Positions 34,581-40,962 of a stretch of 49,629 bases of DNA are shown in pieces. The position numbers and the translations under genes were made by a program. Source of the DNA: a virus; IMG/VR virus record IMGVR_UViG_3300005288_000005, positions 1 through 49,629 of that record; one strand, 5' to 3'. Below the pieces are notes generated by a model, which had not been told where the DNA came from, did no database searches, and saw nothing but the letters and a program-made list of their open reading frames with translations. Position 1 is the first letter of the stretch; each line of letters opens with the position of its first letter.

Positions 34581-34853
34581 ATGAGTGATGTTAAGCGTTA
34601 CAAAGGCATGACGATTGGCAGTCTTAGCGATTGCGTTTTGGCGGAGGACTACGACAAGCTAAAGGCCGAAAACGAATCTCTGCGCAAGGATGCTGAGCGG
34701 TATCGTCGTATCCGCTTAGGATATTTGCTTGATGGTGAGATCTACATGCTTGATAGGCGCGGGTGCATGTACGAAGAAGAGGCGTGTCTTCTGGAGGGCG
34801 AAGAGCTGGACAGTGCTATCGACGCCGCTATCAGTTCTCCGGAGAACCATTAA
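34581..34853 (+). CDS. Hypothetical 90-aa protein with ERYRRIR motif. Ends in SSPENH.
   Basis: ATG with a GGAGGGG SD. Confidence 0.65.
   Translation: MSDVKRYKGMTIGSLSDCVLAEDYDKLKAENESLRKDAERYRRIRLGYLLDGEIYMLDRRGCMYEEEACLLEGEELDSAIDAAISSPENH
34834..34847. repeat. 14-bp perfect palindrome GTTCTCCGGAGAAC (family consensus)
   Basis: Ends 3 nt before the TAATG stop/start junction. Confidence 0.85.
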
Positions 34854-35077
34854 TGCCAACGCTGAGCATCCTAGGGCTCACTTTGGAGGCCGATATCCAG
34901 TATGCCCACACACACCCGGCAACCGAGCACGCAAACGGCCACAGCGAGCTTGAGTGGACTCTCTCCAGCGGCACAGACGAAATAGGCGAAACAATTTCGC
35001 GAAAAGGCCTTGACTTCATCGCCGATAAGTTTTTAGATGACATCGAACGCGCTATTTGGGCGCAGATAGGGAGATAG
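34853..35077 (+). CDS. Hypothetical 74-aa protein
   Basis: TAATG coupling. The GGAG of the palindrome lies 8 nt upstream. Confidence 0.6.
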   Translation: MPTLSILGLTLEADIQYAHTHPATEHANGHSELEWTLSSGTDEIGETISRKGLDFIADKFLDDIERAIWAQIGR

Positions 35078-35081
35078 GGAA

Positions 35082-35300
35082 ATGAGTAAGCCGGACTGGA
35101 ATGAGGCGCCAGAATGGGCGCAATGGTTGGGACAAGATGAGGTTGGCGAGCATCGAGATCACTATTGGGTTTGGTTTGAAAACGAGCCGTCGCAAATGTC
35201 AAATGGTTGGATCGACAGATCAGCAGATGGTCGCTGCCTAGAAACTCGGGATGTCGCTACACAACAAGAATGGCGCAAAACACTGGAGCAAAGACCATGA
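35082..35300 (+). CDS. W-rich family protein, copy A (72 aa)
   Basis: KPDWNEAPEWAQWLGQD...EWRKTLEQRP. Paralogous to 38496..38717 and to the C-terminus of 35977..36429. Confidence 0.75.
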   Translation: MSKPDWNEAPEWAQWLGQDEVGEHRDHYWVWFENEPSQMSNGWIDRSADGRCLETRDVATQQEWRKTLEQRP

Positions 35301-35527
35301 GCACAATCACAGTCACCCAAGCACGCATCGCACTCGAGGCCGCACACATGGCATACGTGCAGGCAGATATCGAGCACCCGACCGCTACACACATTGCAAA
35401 AGAAGCGCTGACCAATGCGCGCCACGAATACTGGAATGCGTGCGCTGCGTTCTGCACTAAGCTGGAGTTCGCCACTGATCTTGGCGAGGTTCACGAGAAC
35501 CTGATTGCGCAGGGGCTTTGGACATGA
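35297..35527 (+). CDS. Hypothetical 76-aa protein
   Basis: ATGA coupling on both sides. Confidence 0.6.
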   Translation: MSTITVTQARIALEAAHMAYVQADIEHPTATHIAKEALTNARHEYWNACAAFCTKLEFATDLGEVHENLIAQGLWT

Positions 35528-35802
35528 GCGAGTTGCAGCCTGGGATGTTGGCGTTGGCTCACGGACTTGCGATCAATACAGAGCTGAACGGACTGATGGT
35601 AGAGTTGGTTTGCCAGCCAGAAGACTCCGGTTATGAGAACTTTGAGTTTGATGGCTGGAAACCGGGCGACTGGATTTGCAGCCACCCATCATTCTCAGAA
35701 GAGGACGGCGGAGTTGGTCTGTTTGATCGGAAGAACCTGCTACCAATCAAACCAGAATCAGACCCGCTCGACGTGACCCATAAGGAAGAACTGTATGCAT
35801 GA
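35524..35802 (+). CDS. Hypothetical 92-aa protein
   Basis: ATGA coupling. Confidence 0.65.
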   Translation: MSELQPGMLALAHGLAINTELNGLMVELVCQPEDSGYENFEFDGWKPGDWICSHPSFSEEDGGVGLFDRKNLLPIKPESDPLDVTHKEELYA

Positions 35803-35980
35803 AATTATCAAGGAGATGCAGGCTAGAGGATGGTCTCTGGCGCTGATCGCCGCAAGAAGCGGTGTAAGCCAGAACAGGCTTGAGCGCGGAGTGTTTGGCG
35901 TGAGGGAAGAAAGGGCTCTGTTGCGTTTGGCCGAGGAAGAATGTCACATCGATTTGGATAGCATGGGGATTGAAGAATGA
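35795..35980 (+). CDS. Small HTH-like protein (61 aa)
   Basis: WSLALIAARSGVSQNRLERG resembles a helix-turn-helix. Confidence 0.55.
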   Translation: MHEIIKEMQARGWSLALIAARSGVSQNRLERGVFGVREERALLRLAEEECHIDLDSMGIEE

Positions 35981-36429
35981 GCCGCAGCGACGGAAGCACA
36001 GCAGACTATTACGTACTCCCTGAAGGCGCTACACAGCTTCAGGACTTGATCAGCCATCGCGATATGAATTCGCAAATCGGTGAAATCTTCCGCGCTTGCT
36101 ATCGGTATGGGATCGTCAGCCATAGCGATAAGATGCGCGACGCTAAGAAAATCCGCTTCTATGCTCAGGCTGAGGTTGAACGGTTGGAGAAGCTTGAATT
36201 AGAGTCAATGCCGATTATTGCCATTAAGCCGAGCTGGGATGCCGCCCCTAAGTGGGCTAATTATCTTGCTCAAGACAGTGGCGTATGCGGATGCTGGGTA
36301 TTTTATGAGAACACACCTGTTATCACAGTTGACGGGTGGGTTCAAAGTACAGGCCAATGGGAAAACACTGGAATACACTCTAATAATCCCGAATGGCGCA
36401 ACACTTTGGAAGCAAGGGCAGCCAAATGA
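35977..36429 (+). CDS. DUF3310-like domain fused to a W-rich family domain (copy C)
   Basis: N-terminus ADYYVLPEGATQLQDLI...GEIFRACYRYG. C-terminus KPSWDAAPKWANYLAQD...EWRNTLEARA. Confidence 0.7.
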   Translation: MSRSDGSTADYYVLPEGATQLQDLISHRDMNSQIGEIFRACYRYGIVSHSDKMRDAKKIRFYAQAEVERLEKLELESMPIIAIKPSWDAAPKWANYLAQDSGVCGCWVFYENTPVITVDGWVQSTGQWENTGIHSNNPEWRNTLEARAAK

Positions 36430-36462
36430 CCGAATACAACGAGCATCGATAAAAATTCAACC

Positions 36463-36488
36463 AAGGCCCGAATTCAGGGCCTTTTTAT
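36463..36488 (+). terminator. Intrinsic terminator
   Basis: AAGGCCC-gaattca-GGGCCTT-TTTATT. Confidence 0.75.
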
Positions 36489-36525
36489 TGCATAATGGAT
36501 TTTCAAAGATCTTCGAGGGAAGGGT

Positions 36526-38007
36526 ATGCAAGAGCTTCAGTGGTGCATTAGCCAGGGATATACGAACCAGCAAGCAGCTGACCACCTTGGAATTAACGAG
36601 CGCACCGTTCGGCGCTGGAAGGAAAGGCTGAAGGCTGATCCGGTGCAGGTGAGCGCAAACGACGACGGCCAATACGATACGTTCGTCATTACGTCGGCAG
36701 TCAATGCAACAAAGGCACATAACGGCTTTCTAGCCTCGCTGCACACCTACTGCGCGCATAACAACGCCAAGCTGATCGTTCTGCCTATGCGCTATCGCAA
36801 CCCTACGCGCAAGGAAGAAACGCCGGATGATTGGTGGGACTCTCGACTCACTCCGCATATAGTTAACCAGCGCACCAAGCTGTGCCGTGACGTTGTATTG
36901 CTGGCAGACATCAAGGTTCAGCCCACCGCTATCAACCCACTGCAAGGCTGGCTGACGGTATCAGGCACAGACTCAGCGATCCTGGCTCACACGAAGGTCG
37001 CACTTCAATCCGTGCCGACTATGGTTGGTGATGACGCTAAGCTCGTGATGACTACTGGCGCCTGCACTGTACCGCAGTACTCAGACACCAATGCCGGCAA
37101 GAAAGGTGAATTTCATCACACGTTAGGCGCCGTGATTGTCGAGGTTGACCGCAAAGGCACGCATCTTCGCCACGTATTGGGCGAGAGAGACGGCTCATTC
37201 ATTGATCTGACCGCCAAGTACTCGCGTCACGGCGTTGAGGCTGCTCCTGATGCGTCTGTGCTGGTCTTGGGCGATCTACACGCTAGACAGGTAGACAGCA
37301 AGGCGCTTGACGCCACAGAGCGTCTTGCAGTGGCTCTCAAGCCTAAGTCAGTATGCCTGCATGATGCACTAGACTTCTCGTCGGCCTCGCACCATTCAGG
37401 CTACTTCGAGCGCTTCAAGCTGCACGTCACCAAGCAGAACAGCATTCTCAAGGAGCTTGAGGTTACAGCTAAGATCCTAGACCGCATCTCAATGTGGGCG
37501 CCTGAGATTGTCATGGTCGGCTCGAACCATAACGAACACTTCACGCAATACCTATCGAAGTACGAGAACGCGCTAGATCTTGAGAACGCACTGGTTTATC
37601 ACGAGACAAAGGCCGCGATGCTCCGTTCAATTCACGAGGGATCTTACCTTGACCCGTTCAAGTACTGGGTTGACAAGCTGGCATCGACTCCTGATGCGAT
37701 CCACTGGCTTCGACCTGGCGAATCGTTCTCACGCCACGGTATCGAACTCGGATTTCATGGCCATCGAGGTCCGAACGGCGCACGAGGTAGTACGAAAGGG
37801 TTTAGCAACATCGGGGCGCGCACTGTAACCGGCCATAGCCACTCGCCAGCCATCATTGATGGCGCGTATTGCGTAGGTACGACCAGCAAGCTCAAGATGG
37901 GCTACAACGAGGATTCGCCGTCATCCTGGCACCATACGCATTGTATTGTGTACGCAAACGGTAAAAGAGCCCTTTTGCATTGCATTTCAGGCAAGTTTTT
38001 TCGATAA
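36526..38007 (+). CDS. N-terminal HTH fused to a calcineurin-like metallophosphoesterase (493 aa)
   Basis: HTH GYTNQQAADHLGINERTVRRWKERL. Ordered MPE motifs GDLHA, GSNHNEH, FHGHRG, TGHSHSP. Confidence 0.7.
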   Translation: MQELQWCISQGYTNQQAADHLGINERTVRRWKERLKADPVQVSANDDGQYDTFVITSAVNATKAHNGFLASLHTYCAHNNAKLIVLPMRYRNPTRKEETPDDWWDSRLTPHIVNQRTKLCRDVVLLADIKVQPTAINPLQGWLTVSGTDSAILAHTKVALQSVPTMVGDDAKLVMTTGACTVPQYSDTNAGKKGEFHHTLGAVIVEVDRKGTHLRHVLGERDGSFIDLTAKYSRHGVEAAPDASVLVLGDLHARQVDSKALDATERLAVALKPKSVCLHDALDFSSASHHSGYFERFKLHVTKQNSILKELEVTAKILDRISMWAPEIVMVGSNHNEHFTQYLSKYENALDLENALVYHETKAAMLRSIHEGSYLDPFKYWVDKLASTPDAIHWLRPGESFSRHGIELGFHGHRGPNGARGSTKGFSNIGARTVTGHSHSPAIIDGAYCVGTTSKLKMGYNEDSPSSWHHTHCIVYANGKRALLHCISGKFFR

Positions 38008-38015
38008 ATAATTGG

Positions 38016-38044
38016 TTGACCTGCTGAAAATGCAGGTCTAATCT
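38016..38044 (+). promoter_or_regulatory. Sigma70-like promoter TTGACC-N17-TAATCT with a 7-bp inverted repeat in the spacer
   Basis: GACCTGC-tgaaaat-GCAGGTC occupies 38018..38038. Confidence 0.55.
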
Positions 38045-38071
38045 TGCTGAAATTAACGAGTGGAGGTGGTT

Positions 38072-38284
38072 ATGGAGTTGTCTATCGGCGATGCTACATT
38101 TCAGAAAAGCTTTGCAAAGGTCGGATTCGACGGAATTAATCGAGTAACTGGAACGTTTAAGGCACCAAAAGGCCGACAGTTCGTAACTCTTCTGATTGGC
38201 GATATCGATGCCAAGGCTACAGATTGCGATCCTGAGAAATTGCTAAACGAACTTGGATTCTTCTACCGGGAGCAACCAGAATGA
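38072..38284 (+). CDS. Hypothetical 70-aa protein
   Basis: ATG with a GGAGGTGG SD. Confidence 0.65.
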   Translation: MELSIGDATFQKSFAKVGFDGINRVTGTFKAPKGRQFVTLLIGDIDAKATDCDPEKLLNELGFFYREQPE

Positions 38285-38499
38285 TCAACGTAATCCCGCG
38301 CTGGACCATGGGATCGCCGACCCGCCTACAAGCCGGCCAATTCATCGTCTACGAATCCGGCGAGTACCAGCTAATCGGCAGTCATACGGCGCTAACCAGT
38401 ACGCAGAAGATCCTCAAGCACACTACGCTGATTGAGGCGCATGAGTTGGAGTGGTTGCAGTCGATGGCAGTTCAGCGTTCGTTGGGGGTGTTGAAATGA
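38281..38499 (+). CDS. Hypothetical 72-aa protein
   Basis: ATGA coupling on both sides. Confidence 0.65.
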   Translation: MINVIPRWTMGSPTRLQAGQFIVYESGEYQLIGSHTALTSTQKILKHTTLIEAHELEWLQSMAVQRSLGVLK

Positions 38500-38717
38500 G
38501 CAAGAGCAAGCCAGAGTGGAGAGATGCGCCTGAATGGGCTCAGTGGTTGGCGCAAGATAAAGACGGATGGTATAGCTGGTGGAATATTGAGCCGGTAGCC
38601 TGCGACAAAGCTGAATGCTGGAATCAAGGCAAACCGATGGAAGAGTGGGAATATCTGGACGTTTCGGTTGGCGCTCTAGCCGAAGACTGGCGTAAAGCAC
38701 TGGAACCTCGCCCATGA
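38496..38717 (+). CDS. W-rich family protein, copy B (73 aa)
   Basis: KPEWRDAPEWAQWLAQD...DWRKALEPRP. Confidence 0.75.
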   Translation: MSKSKPEWRDAPEWAQWLAQDKDGWYSWWNIEPVACDKAECWNQGKPMEEWEYLDVSVGALAEDWRKALEPRP

Positions 38718-38899
38718 CAACCCTAATCGCAATCTGGCTAGCAGTAGGCTTCTTCAGCTACTGGCCGCTGGTGTGGCACTACAAGATCGCTGAGCAAGGC
38801 AAGTGGTACGAATGGCTATGCGCATGGGCAGTCTGGTCCGTATGCTGGCCGTACCGCTACACAATGGACGCTTGGTATTGGTGGAGGGCGAAGAAGTGA
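38714..38899 (+). CDS. Hypothetical 61-aa Trp-rich membrane protein
   Basis: N-terminal TM helix LIAIWLAVGFFSYWPLVW. ATGA coupling. Confidence 0.65.
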   Translation: MTTLIAIWLAVGFFSYWPLVWHYKIAEQGKWYEWLCAWAVWSVCWPYRYTMDAWYWWRAKK

Positions 38900-39114
38900 T
38901 TAAATGGCTAAAATGTTGGTGGAGAGGTCATCACACGTACTTCCCTTCTTACATGGAGCGGCACATAGTAAGATCAGGCCGTCATGCAAAACATATAGGG
39001 AAAGAATTCCAGTACACATGCCAAACGTGCCGCGCTAAGACCGGATGGATTCGTAAAGCCAAACAGCTACAATGGGAGCTGGAACATAATCCTAGCTGGA
39101 GCAATGAGCCATGA
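38896..39114 (+). CDS. Hypothetical 72-aa basic protein with C..C / HH zinc-finger-like residues
   Basis: GTG overlapping the upstream stop, with a GGAGGG SD. CWWRGHH...CQTCRAKTGW. Confidence 0.5.
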   Translation: MIKWLKCWWRGHHTYFPSYMERHIVRSGRHAKHIGKEFQYTCQTCRAKTGWIRKAKQLQWELEHNPSWSNEP

Positions 39115-39338
39115 CCACAATCAACGACCTAGAACAAATCAACACCATGGCGATGATGACCATGTGCGAGCTTGGGTATGCGCGGTATGAGCGGTTTCGT
39201 GCAGGGCTGAAGATGGATGAAGAGGCGTGCGACAAGCTTCGTCAGTTCGTTTATTCGAATTCAGACATGGAGCACGAGTTGGAGCTTCGAATAAAAGTGG
39301 CCCCGATGTACAAAAAGAGTGTACAATTGCATCACTAA
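39111..39338 (+). CDS. Hypothetical 75-aa protein, last gene of the rightward early/middle block
   Basis: ATGA coupling. Followed by a strong terminator. Confidence 0.65.
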   Translation: MTTINDLEQINTMAMMTMCELGYARYERFRAGLKMDEEACDKLRQFVYSNSDMEHELELRIKVAPMYKKSVQLHH

Positions 39339-39374
39339 CCGAATCGCAGCGTCCCCCTCCGTAGCGATACCTTA

Positions 39375-39403
39375 AGACCCGTGAACCGTCCGGGTCTTTT
39401 TTT
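39375..39403 (+). terminator. Intrinsic terminator ending the early/middle block
   Basis: GACCCG-tgaaccgtc-CGGGTC followed by seven T. Confidence 0.85.
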
Positions 39404-39470
39404 GCCTGCGATTCCAGTTAAACAGCACTTTTCGCACAAATCAGCCAGAATATTAGCGTTTTCGCGCTCG

Positions 39471-39479
39471 TGGTATCAT
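39471..39479 (+). promoter_or_regulatory. Candidate extended -10 promoter TGgTATCAT (early class)
   Basis: Lies in an ORF-free region. Predicted start near 39486. Confidence 0.45.
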
Positions 39480-39485
39480 TCTCCC

Positions 39486-39729
39486 GCCTAGTTCCAATGC
39501 AGGCCGTCCTAGCCACTCGTTATTAGGGCTCGATTTGCGGCTCGTAAGTCGCAACCATCCAGCGACAATGCCAGCGCAGAACCTGAAATTCTGTTAGCTT
39601 CTGGATAAGACCGAGAAAGCATGGTGAGTCTAGAGAAGTTCACCCGTCGCAGCCCGCACACGCGGATCAACACACGCCCCAAGCCTATGACCAGAAATGG
39701 TTATGCTCAAATCGGGGCGTTTTTATTTT
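39486..39729 (+). ncRNA. Candidate ~245-nt untranslated transcript (late leader or ncRNA)
   Basis: Bounded by a promoter and a terminator. The longest ORF is a 36-aa Arg-rich frame (39621..39731) with a poor SD. Ends not mapped. Confidence 0.4.
39674..39729 (+). terminator. Compound intrinsic terminator
   Basis: Outer stem ACGCCCC/GGGGCGT encloses an inner 7-bp hairpin with a GAAA loop, followed by TTTTTATTTT. Confidence 0.7.
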
Positions 39730-39740
39730 AGCGAAAGGTG

Positions 39741-39769
39741 TTGACGCGCAATCCTGGCAGGCGTAGATT
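39741..39769 (+). promoter_or_regulatory. Sigma70-like promoter TTGACG-N17-TAGATT
   Basis: 12 nt after the terminator and 35 nt before the 39804 start. Confidence 0.6.
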
Positions 39770-39803
39770 TGGCTCATCGGAACGAACAACGGAGCAAGAC
39801 GAG

Positions 39804-39974
39804 ATGAATAAATACAGTTTGCGTGTCAAGTACGCTGGTGGTGTCGCATACCACAAATTCAGCTACCAGGCGCCTGACATGGAATTTGCGGTTAAGAGCG
39901 GTTACGAATTCGCAAAAGCTCAAAACCCAGGAATTCCGATTGTCCAGTTCATAGTTGAATCCCGCGACCGCTAA
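39804..39974 (+). CDS. Hypothetical 56-aa protein in a single-gene unit
   Basis: ATG with a GGAG SD. The track ORF start at 39738 lies inside the promoter. Confidence 0.6.
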   Translation: MNKYSLRVKYAGGVAYHKFSYQAPDMEFAVKSGYEFAKAQNPGIPIVQFIVESRDR

Positions 39975-39991
39975 CCAACCCAGCCCACCTC

Positions 39992-40019
39992 AAGCCCTCT
40001 TAACCGAGGGCTTTTTATT
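39992..40019 (+). terminator. Intrinsic terminator
   Basis: AAGCCCTC-ttaacc-GAGGGCTT-TTTATT. Confidence 0.8.
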
Positions 40020-40060
40020 GCCCGCCAAAAAGTGATATCAAAAAGCTACCGAACCAAAAA

Positions 40061-40069
40061 TGATATCCT
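40061..40069 (+). promoter_or_regulatory. Candidate extended -10 promoter TGaTATCCT (early class)
   Basis: A second TGATATC lies 28 nt upstream, at 40033. Confidence 0.4.
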
Positions 40070-40106
40070 TGTTCCAATGTTTACATTCCTTAAACCCCAG
40101 ACTCTC

Positions 40107-40427
40107 ATGAAGCCAAATAAAATGCCTGACTCCCCTAACGGCTGGTTTAACCTGCTGTCGAACATGCCAGGACCACTTCAGGCATTCGGCGCAGCTATCA
40201 TTACTGCGGTTCTCCGCGTCTACTATGACAAATCAGAGACGAGCTGGCAGCGTGTAGGCCTAGAGGGTGCATTGTGTGCCTGCCTAGCTACCGGGCTGTC
40301 TATGGTCAGCGCCTACTTCGGTCTGCCCGAAAACTCAGGCGTGTTCATCGGCACATTCGTTGGTTTCATTGGCGTCATTAAGTTCCGTGAGTACATGGGA
40401 AGGTTGCTGGATAAGCGGACTGACTGA
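40107..40427 (+). CDS. Holin, three TM helices, possible dual-start (MKPNKM)
   Basis: Three hydrophobic segments and a charged C-terminus KFREYMGRLLDKRTD. In-frame Met codons at 40107 and 40122. The upstream alternatives at 40032 and 40077 lack an SD. Confidence 0.6.
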   Translation: MKPNKMPDSPNGWFNLLSNMPGPLQAFGAAIITAVLRVYYDKSETSWQRVGLEGALCACLATGLSMVSAYFGLPENSGVFIGTFVGFIGVIKFREYMGRLLDKRTD

Positions 40428-40443
40428 TCCTCCGTGGTAAGAT

Positions 40444-40467
40444 AGCCTCCTATATGGAGGCTTTTTT
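40444..40467 (+). terminator. Intrinsic terminator whose 3' arm carries the terS SD
   Basis: AGCCTCC-tatat-GGAGGCT-TTTTT, then ATG at 40468. Confidence 0.7.
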
Positions 40468-40962
40468 ATGGCAAACAGACCCATGGTTCACACTGGCGAT
40501 AAGGTCACAGGGAAAGGGCGCTCAAGGACTTTTGAGACGCCTGAAGATCTGATGGTAGCGTGTGAAGAGTACCTAGAGTGGAACGAGGCTAACCCTCTTC
40601 TCGCTGCTCAGCCGTTCCACTTTCAAGGCACGATCATCATGGCCGAGGTGCCTAAACCTCGCGCTCCGTCGATTGTGAGTCTCTGTACGCATCTTGGTAT
40701 TCATCGCCACACGTGGCAAAACTACCGCAAGTCCGAAGAATTCGATCTTGTGTGCATCGAGATCGAAGGCCGGATGAGCGAATACAAATTCCAGAACGCT
40801 GCTGCTGGCTTGATGAATTCGACGATTATCATTCGTGACCTCGGGCTCACTGACAAATCAGAAGTCAACAGCACAGGCACCGTAACCCACGTCAACTACT
40901 CCCCCGCAGACTACAAGCAGGCCGAACTAGAGCTAGGGAACAAGCTCGATGACCTCGACTAA
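40468..40962 (+). CDS. terS: Terminase small subunit
   Basis: RSRTFETPEDLMVACEEYLEWNEANP pattern. Overlaps terL. Confidence 0.75.
   Translation: MANRPMVHTGDKVTGKGRSRTFETPEDLMVACEEYLEWNEANPLLAAQPFHFQGTIIMAEVPKPRAPSIVSLCTHLGIHRHTWQNYRKSEEFDLVCIEIEGRMSEYKFQNAAAGLMNSTIIIRDLGLTDKSEVNSTGTVTHVNYSPADYKQAELELGNKLDDLD

Noticed and set aside
39404-39740. tRNA, tmRNA-like or CRISPR content in the ORF-free region
   Set aside because: I found no cloverleaf arms, no GTTCGAATC-type T-loop and no repeat-spacer periodicity.
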